DNA from: Rhodosorus marinus CCMP1338
Taxonomy: Eukaryota > Plantae > Rhodophyta
Direction: 5' to 3'
Length of the DNA: 64,000 bases
NCBI GenBank assembly: GCA_029953675.1
Contig: JAMWBK010000003.1
Span: 2,914,001-2,978,000, forward strand
In this document: positions 37,586 to 47,577 of the stretch, piece by piece
Layout of the letters: each line of letters opens with the position of its first letter
Position numbering within the stretch: position 1 is the stretch's first letter
Notes under the pieces: generated by a model
The model's input: the letters and a program-made list of their open reading frames with translations, nothing else
What the model was told of the DNA's origin: nothing
The model's database searches: none
Program-made: the position numbers and the translations under genes

Positions 37586-37747
37586 AGCCCGCAAGCCAGC
37601 AGCAGCGAATCGCGCACACCTCCACGCAGTACAGTTTCTTTGTTTCGCTTTTGGTGACGCACGACAAGCCCGCAAGCCAGCAGCAGCGAACCGCACACCT
37701 CCAGGCACTACAGTTTCTTTGTTTCGTTTTTGGTGACGCACGACAAG
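37586..37747 (+). repeat. Near-perfect tandem duplication of about 81 bp, between convergent 3' ends
   Basis: AGCCCGCAAGCCAGCAGCAGCGAA at 37586 and 37667. Both copies continue through TACAGTTTCTTTGTTTCG..TTTTGGTGACGCACGACAAG. Confidence 0.9.
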
Positions 37748-37882
37748 GGGAACCCGTTCGTGGATTTCGCTTTTATGCCTTTCGGATGTGGCCTATGTGA
37801 GTACCGTCCGGATGATGCTACAACTTGGATAGGTCCTCAGAGCAGTGGATCGAATCACCATCTTCGAATGTCTCGTGCCTCT

Positions 37883-39632
37883 TCATGGGTTTTCAGTGCT
37901 TTTTTTGCTGTTGTCATGACGCTCCCGGTTCTCGGCGTCCGAAAGCCCATCTTCTACTGCAACCAGTTTTTCGTCTGACTCCACTGAGGGGGGTTCACGC
38001 TCACTGTGTGCCTTGGCTGCCAGATCAACTGCAGAATTCTCCTCACCATCCCAGCACCAATCTGGGATGATTTCCGATTTGCTCTCAATGTATTCAGGCA
38101 GCACCTTCTCGAAGTTGGTCGTTGGCAGCCTATGTCTAACCATCCCCTCGACCGAATAAAGCCGATTTGACTGGAAAGCAGCTTGGCCAGCGGCTATATA
38201 CTTATCCAAGTCCAGATGTTCCTCACAGCCAGTTATCTCTGAGTCGACTACCGCCACCGACCTATGGAGAGGAAAGCAGAGCTTGGCATCCATGAGTCGC
38301 AAAAAACAAAGTCGGACGACTCCTCAACCGAAACCAGGAAAAGGCTTCTTCCTACCAGGCCTTGAGTTGCCTCCCTAGGGCACCAATTTTCTCCACCTTC
38401 CTCATGCTCATGAAGTCAAAGTCCGGGTCTCGTCGTAGTAGGAAAGGCGTCTCCTTCACAAGCAAGTCCGTACTCTCAGCATCCTCCAGAAAGACCTCGT
38501 TATCTAAAACCGATGATCGCTTATCAACAAACACGATCTTTTGTGGGATACATGGAGTCTCCACTGAATCAGAAACTGAGCTCGCCACGAGAGGGATCGC
38601 GAAAAGGCAGATGTAAGGGGGATCTATCGAAAACGTACCTTCCTTGCCTTTTTCTTTTCACTCAATGCGAAGGAAAAGTCGACCATCTTACCACTTCCTG
38701 GAGGCCACTCTACGATCCTCTGGTTCTTTATTTGCTCCATGATATTTCCCGGCTTCACCCCATGTTCAGTTAGTTTGCTGATGTCCAAGTTGGGTGGGGA
38801 TACTCTCTTCTCGCTGATGATGTAGCTGAAGTTTCCACGTCCGTACATGTATGCAGATATGCTGACTGAGAAATCCAGTTTGACAGAGGAAGAAGATGGA
38901 ATTGGCGGCGTATGTTTCCGGGTAGGAATCGAAAGGCGGTGAAAACGTTCACAATAGATCATGGGAGCGCGGAAGTAGAAAGCCCCGCGTCTTTTAGTTT
39001 TGGAGAGGAAAGCGGTGGGGGTCGAACTTTGGGAATCCTTGCTTACAATCGTCGTTTTCAAGAACAGGAAAGCGTCCTTTTGCGTTTTCGTAGAGATTCG
39101 CGGAGTTTTTCTGCTCACAACCGAGAAGTGGAGCTCTTGGGGCAGTTTCTTGATTATTTCGGTTGAGATGGAACTCTCTGATGTCGAGGTTGAGACTAAG
39201 GCTAGCCACTGATCCGCGCAGCGCCGACCGTAGGTAGTCCTTCAGACCCTGCGGGCCGAAAACGAACAGTGTTGATCGCTTGGCTCGAGAGGCTGCTCCG
39301 ATGTAGGCGTCGTTCAAGTAGCAGAGAAAAGCAGGTAGACCAAACAAGTATTCCGGGGAGAGACGTGGAAGTAGTATTGCCACGATCGTCGACGGGACGA
39401 TCGGCGATCTCATCAATCTGCCAACAACGCCATCCCCAGCACCGATGAGAACCACTCGCTTCTGAGGCTGAAACTCATTTGAGAGGCTGAACCCTAAGCC
39501 AGGTGCCCTTCTCTGACCGGGAATGCCCATGAGCACCGCGTCAATATCCCCCGTTCTAGCTTGAACCCTCATCTGCGGCACTGACCATCCTCGAATGATC
39601 CTCTTCGGAAGCCTTATGATAGCCTGAGCCAT
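37883..39632 (-). CDS. RNase Z (metallo-beta-lactamase fold)-like protein with degenerate metal motifs, multi-exon
   Basis: Order of motifs matches RNase Z: VLIGAGDG (motif I position), ILLPRLSPEYLFGLPAFL (motif II position), FVFGPQGLKDYL, exosite PPNLDISKLTEHGVKPG, KIVF and DLLVKETPF. Confidence 0.78.
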
Positions 39633-41030
39633 AGTTTCAACCCGACAGCTCTCCAAACCCAAACTAACAAGGCCGCAAGGGCCAATTTCAAACACTCACG
39701 TCCATGGTTTTGACCAGACGTGCGTGTTTAAGCGCTCTCACCAGACCGATTTGAATGGAAGTCTTTGCTTCAAGTGGTCGTAGCACCACATCTCAAAATC
39801 AAAAATCAAGGGCAGCCCTTGAATCCAGAGAAGACAAACAGCTCTACCACCCCGTACTGGTATATCAGTTAGAACTATGCCGCTGACCACGACGACATGC
39901 GTCACGTTACCCAGAGCGCATGGTGTTTGATCTTCTGAAACCTCCAAGCCAGACAGAACTCTCTCCAAATATGGATATCCACGATGCTCGGCTGCAGTGC
40001 GCGCATCAGTGGGAAAGTATCTCTTACCCAAATCACATAGGCTATGGATGCCAATCGCGGCGCCTTCCACGGGCGACACTGGTTGTTGGTGGGTACTGAG
40101 ACAGGCAAGAGAAGGGAACAAATTACCAAAACGTTGTCTCTTCTCCAATAATCCCTGGTAGTAAAGACTCTCACAGATCGTCTTCGTTGTTCAGCAGTTG
40201 CCGAACGACTTGGTCCGTAGTCGATTACAGGCCAGAGACCGGTTGCACGTCGTTCGTACAATGTATTAGTAAACGTATTGCGCTCGGATCCTGAAGGACG
40301 AGTTGTTGGCTGTTTCTAGAGGTTGGTCTGATCGCTCCGTCTTCGATTCGAACTTGGAACTGACGGGCTGAGAATAGACCAAGCTTGCTCTTTGGCAAGC
40401 TGAGCCTACAGCAGGTGCTGGAGAGGATCTATCACATCGTGTCTGATCTCTCCTTGCTTCTATTAGAATAGATAGAGCTCGCCCTCTGGGAGCCTGATCA
40501 TACATAAGATGCTGCAGAGGTTCAGGGAGATCTCTTCCAATCTACAGAATCAGTTTCAGTCGCAGAAGGCGCCGCTCGTCATGAATATGTTCCCTCGGTC
40601 CTCACACAATCTAGTGGCTTCTCCAGGAAACTGAAGCGCTTGTGGCGCTTGCACGTGGATGTCTGCCGTTTCCTCACAGACGATCAGCGAGTTGAAGTTA
40701 GCCATCATCACCTCGGAGAGTCGAGATGGATGTCTTTCACTTCGTCACCACATCCAGGTCATCAAAGGAGCGGATGCGTATTGTATATACATTGTAAATT
40801 CCGTAATTTCGATATAGAAGTGGAAACAAAAAAAAAAAGTTTTTACGATATATGGAGAGGGTATAAAAGCTGGACTTGACATTTTGGAAAGCCGGGAGGA
40901 GTGGGATGGAAGAGCCGTTGGGTAAGTGGATGAGGATGTTTGGATGTGTCTGTAGATAGTTGAGTTAGTATACACCTGAAAGATAAGAGTAGATATTTAG
41001 TTAGTGTTTGAGGTGAACAAGAAAGCAAGC

Positions 41031-41949
41031 ATGTCGTCTTCGCTTGGATGGCGGACGCAGAGCACTGTGTTGCCTTCAAAGGCGAAGGAGATTCGGAATG
41101 TTTCTGCGAGGAGCATGTTTGATTTGAAGGCTGCATTGTATGCAAAGGAGGAAGAATCCAGGAGAGGAACTAGGACTGTGAGAAAGAGGAAGAGGAGAGT
41201 GCGTGACGATGAAGGTCTGGAAGGGCAGAATAAGGGGGTTGCTTCTCGGGCGGAGAAGGAGGAACTTGAGGTGGCTCAGAAGCTTTCTGGAGCTGCGTTA
41301 AGGGAGAAAAGCAAACTTTATGGAGAGCTCAAAGGTAAGGAAGAGAATGACGTTGCTTATAGTTGGCCATATTGGCGTCGTTCGAAAGTGAATTGTTCAT
41401 TGATTTTTGCCACAGATCAAGCGAGGAACTTGAAGGATGGATTGGGAGACGAGAAGTACATGGTCAACTTTGAACGGGCTGGAAGGGATGTAGACCGGTC
41501 ATACCCGGAAAAGGAAACTATGCATGATAAACTCGATGAAATGGAGAAAGCTCGACTTGAATGGGAAACAGAAACTCTGCGGAGAATGGAAGAAGACCGT
41601 GAAGACGCAGAAAAAGTTACCTCTTTTGGGAAGGAAGCTTATGAGGCTACTGAGGCAACCCACCGAGAGAGAGAGAGCAAGCGAGAAAACGCCGATAAAT
41701 TGGAAGCTCAAAAACTCGTAAGCTGCTCACATGCGTCTCTTGTGTACCCGTTTCACACGCTTGAAACGGTGTTCGCCTGAGGGTGATCGCTTAGCTGACT
41801 CTCTTCAAACGTGTGAATTTCTTCACGAGCAGGAAAGACTACGCGTGCTGATCAAAGAGAGCAAGGAAAGCAAGTTTTTGGACTTGGACGAACTGGGAGG
41901 TGTAAGCCAGGAGGACGCTGGGCAGATTGCAAGAATTCTCCAGTTGTGA
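41031..41949 (+). CDS. CCDC174: CCDC174-like coiled-coil protein, 3 exons
   Basis: GW.TQS.V.PSK, SMFDLKAALYAKEEE and NKGVASRAEKE...LREKSKLYGELK match the CCDC174/DUF4078 pattern. Introns start GTAAG. Confidence 0.72.
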
Positions 41950-42063
41950 AGAATACGAGTGTAAAGTTATTTAAAAAAGAACCTAATCATCTAGCTCCAA
42001 ACAAGTTTGGCGGCCCCTTTTTTCTCCATGACTGAACCCCTTTTCAAGAGTTTGGGAATGTCG

Positions 42064-43487
42064 CTACTTTATGCCTCCGTTCTTGACGCTCTTGACTTTA
42101 CAAACTCCCTGGGGAGTTGAGAACGGCTTCCCTTTCCATGTGGCAACCAATTGCTCCGTTGTGATGAAATCCACGGCGATTTTCTCAAAAATTTGCTTCT
42201 TGGGGTTGAGCTGCGCATCTGGTTCACCTTCCTCTCCTTCGAAAACTACACGAGTACCCACCGTGCTACCCTCCGGCGGCATCACCAGCTCAACAATTGA
42301 ACCATTTGTACTCGTCGCACATAAAACCATCGCTTCCGAGACAATTCCACGCATCTTCGCTGGCTTCAAATTGCACACGCACAAGCACGGACCGAGGAGC
42401 AGATCAGGAGTCGTGAAGAACTTTCTAAGACCAGAGCAGACAGTTCGAGGCTTGTCATCCTACGCTCAAAGAGAAACGGGCAGAGGGACGAAGACAAAAC
42501 AACCCAAATCAGAACAGAATACAAGAAGAGGTAGCAACCTCAGTTCAAGTAGACTCAGTACAACTAGTTACGTACACCGACGTCGATCTGCTCAAGGTAA
42601 AGCCCGTCAGCGTCTGGATGATTCTCTGCCTTGAGGATGTTCGCGACTCGTATATCTAGCCTGGAGACTGAGAGAGTTTCCTCCCTTTTTGGTGTCTGGG
42701 TTGGTCCTGGTTTATCCTTCTTCGCGGCTTTTTTGGCTTCCTTTGCCGCTTTTTTCTGCGCTGCTTTGGCCGCGCGTTCCTCTTCGCTGAGTCCGCCGCC
42801 TGGAGCAGAAGAAGACGACTTCTTTGAAGAAACTGGTGGAGGTAGAAGAGCCACAGCGCAGGATGGTTATTTGGGAAAGATCCAGTTTTTGCCCTTTTTA
42901 TCTGGATGAGTAAGCCTCCCCGTTCTTATTTCGGTTTCTTACCCGCAGCAATCTTCATCTGCTCCATGCTGAGATTGAGGTCGATGTCAATCATAGCCAA
43001 GTCACCCTTCTTCTCGCATCGATGCTGAATGAGATCAAACCATCGCCATACATGAACTCCACTCAATCGTGCTTTCTCGTCAGCCGCATTTTTCAACAGC
43101 TCCGCGTGGATCGCTTTGTAAACCGCTTCATCGGCAGCAGAGAGCTCATTTCCAACCAGAAACCTGCTGATCCAAGACCAATAACTTTATGTAAATATCG
43201 ATAAGCCCGTCCGGAGCAAATTCTTCAACAAAATCCTTCAACTTTTAACTTTTTCTCCAAGGTACTCACGTCCGGGTTTCCATATGCATGTTAACCTCGT
43301 TCATCAAGCTTCTGAGGTCGCCTCCAGTATTGGCGAGCTGCACCCATTTCTCAACGCTCTAAGGGCAAAAGACAACGACGAAATAAAGCCAAAGGGAAAC
43401 TTGAGTTCAAAGCAGAGAACCCAGAAAGAAGAAACCAGACTCCATCAAGCTCAACAAAGAAAACCAAGTCCATACCTCCTCCGGCAT
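42064..43487 (-). CDS. ARC1: Arc1p/AIMP1-like aminoacyl-tRNA synthetase cofactor (GST-C-like N domain plus EMAPII/tRNA-binding C domain), multi-exon
   Basis: [25 protein letters not shown] (GST-like), K/A-rich linker, [46 protein letters not shown] and [10 protein letters not shown]. Confidence 0.88.
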
Positions 43488-43894
43488 CGCTCCAGAACGA
43501 ACAAACGCAAAAAGTAGTCCTTGCTTAACTGGAGTTCTTCTTCTGAGTAGCTTCTTGATGGTCAAGTTGTGAAGCCACGAACAAAAAGACCTCCGAGTTT
43601 GCTTCCACCCTTCGTCGAGATCGCGGGGCCACAATGGAAACCCCTTTCTTCCTAAAACGGATTACAACGGCAGTGACCGTAAGTCTTTGAGAGGGAGAGC
43701 GTTCAGAGCATGCCGCTCTTGAACTTCACCTAGATCTGAAGATAATGACGACGAACTCATTCTCTCGATCAGAGAGTGAGCATATGTTAGCGGCTAGTTG
43801 GCAAAGCGGAGAGCGACGTTGGGAGATGGAGCATGTACTTTAATCCCTTTTGAAGAGGTGAGGAGTAAGACTAGTTCCATGAGGGAGATGCGAT

Positions 43895-44613
43895 ATGGCA
43901 GGGGGGACACCCAGTTCTCTGGTGCTCTCTGAACTCTATCTGGCTTCAAGGATACTTGGAGTTTTTTTCCAAACTCACCCCAGCAGTGGCTGGTGTTTTT
44001 AGCTCTGCTTGCTGGCAACTTCCCGGTATGTCTTCATGGTTTGTTGTGGGATGGGAGGGTTACAGCACGACTTTCGCAATGGAGATCTGCGCGATAACTG
44101 TCGTCGTCTAGCGTAGTCTTCTAAGTGGGCAGTGCTTATGAAGCACTTAAGACCCGAGGAGATCGGAACCAGATCAACGACAGTGGCTTGAAGGGTACAG
44201 AGCCGTTCACACCCAAAGGCTGTTCTTGGCACCGGCTCCAGAGTCATTCCAAGTTGGATTACTCGCAACGTTTAGATTCTGAATAGCCCTGGTTGAACTG
44301 GTTGCATTGGCCTCCGGCGAGTGCAGTAAGAAGCACAGTCCTTACTTAACCTGGACGGGATGTTTTCATTGGTGTCCGAAAGTCACCGCAGATTGAGCTA
44401 GGGTAGGGCTTGAAAGCTATGCTCACAACGGAGAGCGTCAACGGAGAGCGTCTCTATCCATCGCCAAACGTGTTGAGGACGATCAGTGGCAGCTCTCATA
44501 TCCTACGTCTAGGAAGAAAGGATCTTCCAGGTTTCGACCGGACAATTCCTCTGAATAGAGAAGTCGCAAAAAGATATGTAATAGATGATGAGGAAGAGAT
44601 GGTTCAAGCATAA
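43895..44613 (+). CDS. Possible small multi-exon gene, divergent from ARC1 (unresolved)
   Basis: Protein-like segments VLSELYLASRILGVFFQTHPQQWLVFLALLAGNFP (ending at a GTATG donor) and LKAMLTTESVNGERLYPSPNVLR...DDEEEMVQA (ORF 44410-44613). No full model could be built. Confidence 0.3.
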
Positions 44614-45140
44614 TGCGGTGACTACAAATTCGCGCAAAGAAGATTAACGAAATCCACCAAGCACTGTGGAGAGTCTATAGACAACCAGCGGAGAAGGGAT
44701 CAGGTACGGGGCGGTTCAGGATATTGAGTATGGCACTATCTTTTCGACCGTCGCTGAGGAGCGGGTCGACCACATCAACACCGGTTGGTGGGCAACCGCA
44801 GCAAACACACACATCACGACGCAGCAGAGCAAACCATGTTGAGCGTGCACGACACACGCAACCGATTGAAGGCAGAGGTGGGACTCTCAATTCGAACGCG
44901 TTGGACTTCCCGCTGCTGTGAATACATACGCACTCATTGGGTTAAACCAAATAAACAATACTAATGGAAGCCAATTCGCCTTCTGATCAAATTGAGGATT
45001 GATATAGCACAGCACTAGGCAGCCGTGTGCTTCAGCCTACCTCACCCTCATCGCTACTAAGCGATGACTGCGAGCGCTCCTCGTCCCAAGTCCATTCTCT
45101 GTATTTTTTTATCCTAAAAATATTATTTTCCGATATGTTT

Positions 45141-45364
45141 TGTCATGTTCGTCCGATAAGAACATTTAGTGAAAGTACTTAGTACACTTATTATGGAATA
45201 AAAGAAGAAACTTCTCGTATGCGTGAACAAAATTCTTTCACAAAATCGATTTAATAAATATTCTAAACCAGACATGTTTTTCAAATATTTTCAAGTATAT
45301 ATACCCAAACATTGGCGTTTTTTATACAAATAAACCTCCCGTTCTTATCGGACGTTTTATGACA
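45141..45364. repeat. Inverted repeat enclosing about 177 bp of AT-rich DNA
   Basis: CGTCCGATAAGAAC at 45150-45163 and GTTCTTATCGGACG at 45341-45354 (14 bp perfect), extended imperfectly by TGTCAT/ATGACA. Confidence 0.8.
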
Positions 45365-46025
45365 ACCTTACTACTGACCAATCACATCAACGAGAAAACG
45401 GTTTTCTTTCACTATTTGGTTAAATTCAAAAGAAAAATTAAATTTAACTGCAGAAATCAGTCAAGGACCGGTTTCGTTGCTTAATTATTTAATAAAATCA
45501 TGCTGTTACTTTTTCCATCCTGATTGGTTATGTATTTGCCAATTATGTCTTAACATTTCGATGTTTAGATCTTGAATTTTATTAATAGGCAATAGACGAA
45601 CAGAAAATCGTTCTGAATTTATGTTTGAGATGAAATTAGAAAACATTATCTTCTAAGATGGAAGCCGCGGGGACGCACCCACTGACGGTGAACCCAGTCA
45701 GAAGACGAGCTACCTTCGGCACCAGCGGAAGCCGGCTGGGGTTGAAAATCATGTCCTAGTTTTTCCAAAGCTTTCCTGTACCAGTTCGTTTCTTCTCCCT
45801 TCGTATCGTACCCGAAGCCTTCCCGCGCGCGTGGACAGCGGGACGGATAGGTCGTGTCCTATCCTGCTGGTAGACAGATCCCAACAAGAAGCTTCCCAGA
45901 GTTACAACCGCTGAACACTAATTCTGTGGACGACTTTGTGAAAAGAGAAAAAAATGATTTAGGCAGCGCGTTGAGATCGAAGATTTGTCTACGGCCTGAT
46001 TTCCAATCCACAGGCAATGGCGTCC

Positions 46026-46054
46026 TGAAGCCGCTTGAAGCCGCTTGAAGCCGC
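46026..46054 (+). repeat. 10-bp tandem repeat TGAAGCCGCT x2.9
   Basis: Read directly from the sequence. Confidence 0.9.
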
Positions 46055-46623
46055 CCATCTGCGCTCTTGCGGTACAACATAAGACTCCATTTGCTCGAAC
46101 GGGATTCTCGGGGTTTGTAGCGCGAAGTCCTTGGAACTGGGTTCAAAGAACCCCACTTTCGCCCGCGACACGCTTGAGAGGACATTAGCTTGCATTATCG
46201 CACTCCGTGAGCCGCACCTGGCGAAGGAGTGCGATATGGCAAGGAGCCAGGGACTAGACGTTGCGAAAAACTATTGAAGACTTTGGAAAGAAATCTCCGA
46301 AAATATGAAATAAAATTTTGCGTTTATGGGTTATAGAATATGAAATGGGGGGGAAAAATTATGGAAACGAAAAAAAAAATAGAATGAAAAAGTGCGTTCG
46401 GCAGAGAGGAGGAGCACGTCGAATTAGCTTCTCCACATTCTGCGGTTACGCTTGGGAAAAACCATCTTGGGAAGGGATTCGTCCTTCGGAATAATAATAT
46501 AATTATTGGGAAAGCGACAATGAGCTTATGTGATGCGTTGCGTCGGCATATTCTTCCTCCCTCCCCTAGCGCGAGAACACAGCTCAGAACAACTGTGAAC
46601 AGCTCGCTTAGAGAGGAGACTAT

Positions 46624-47577
46624 CTACGAGACTTCCTGCGACAGCGTCAGAAGCGCATCAACAATTTCCATGTATGACGATTTGGTAACGTCACCAGCAT
46701 GGGGCAAGTCGTGCCCGACCCCGAGCTTCTGATTATCACGTAGCAATAAGCCAAACCAGGTAAGCCACAATATCGAAGTGCATCAATTTAAGCCGTCTCT
46801 TACCTCTATTTCGAACATTCGCTCGTGCTTAATAGATGCCTTCAGCTTCTAAAACGTCAATCAAAACAACCACGTAAGAACGTATTCACCTGATCCAGTA
46901 TGATGTCCAGTCATCAATACCTTTGCATCTCTCTGCTTTTCCCACTTCCTGCTTGCGGCAACTCTTCTGGCGCAGTGCACCGAGCAAAAGCGCCCACTAC
47001 CATAGGTACCGTCATGAACACTTGAACAATACTCGCACTCAACCTGGTACCCTCCCCTCGGAGCTTCATCCCTCATCACAACGATACGGCCCCTTGGAGC
47101 CTTCCTCATCGGTCCACTATTGTTCCAGGAGCAGAGGGATCCCTTCTACACAATTCCAAGACGTAGTTGCGACTTCAGCCCTGAACCACTTCAAGCGCTG
47201 GATAAAACTGCAGAAGCGACACTTACCCGTTTGGAACAGCAATCTTGGTAATACCCATTCCGGTCAAAACAGCTCGGGTGGCGATTGCAGACATCGTAAC
47301 ACCGACAAGAAGGTGACCCCACGCTTGGCACCGGTGGGACCCTTTGCACTGACTTGTTTGAGGGAAGCGCTGGGCTTACTGGGCTACTCGGGAGAGCGCT
47401 AGTTCGCATCTGCTTCCGGCAGATACATGGAGTCAAGCATCAGTTCGAATATGAAGTTCTGGTCGTGCTCTTGGCCAGCAGATCTGCCGCTTCAGGATGC
47501 AGTCTTACCTGGTGGTACGGTCGCTCATTCTCCGGCACTTCATACACATGTCCTCTGCCTGTGGGTTCATGCTCCAT
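46624..47577 (-). CDS. Small zinc-finger protein (CxxC..HDGxYGSGRFCSxxC), 5 exons
   Basis: ATG at 47577. Four phase-0 introns (GTAAG, GTAAG, GTATT, GTAAG) give an open protein: ...VECEYCSSVHDGTYGSGRFCSVHCARRVAASRKWEKQRDAKKLKASIK...MEIVDALLTLSQEVS, stop at 46624. Confidence 0.7.

Noticed and set aside
43558-43680. In-frame TGA after MVKL as a possible selenocysteine
   Set aside because: No redox motif, no recognisable selenoprotein family and no SECIS evident.
44344-44359. U1 snRNA-like 5' end (ACTTAACCTGGACGGG)
   Set aside because: An extra A disrupts ACUUACCUG, and neither the loop II CAUUGCAC nor an Sm site follows at the right spacing. It is more likely a branch-point-like sequence.
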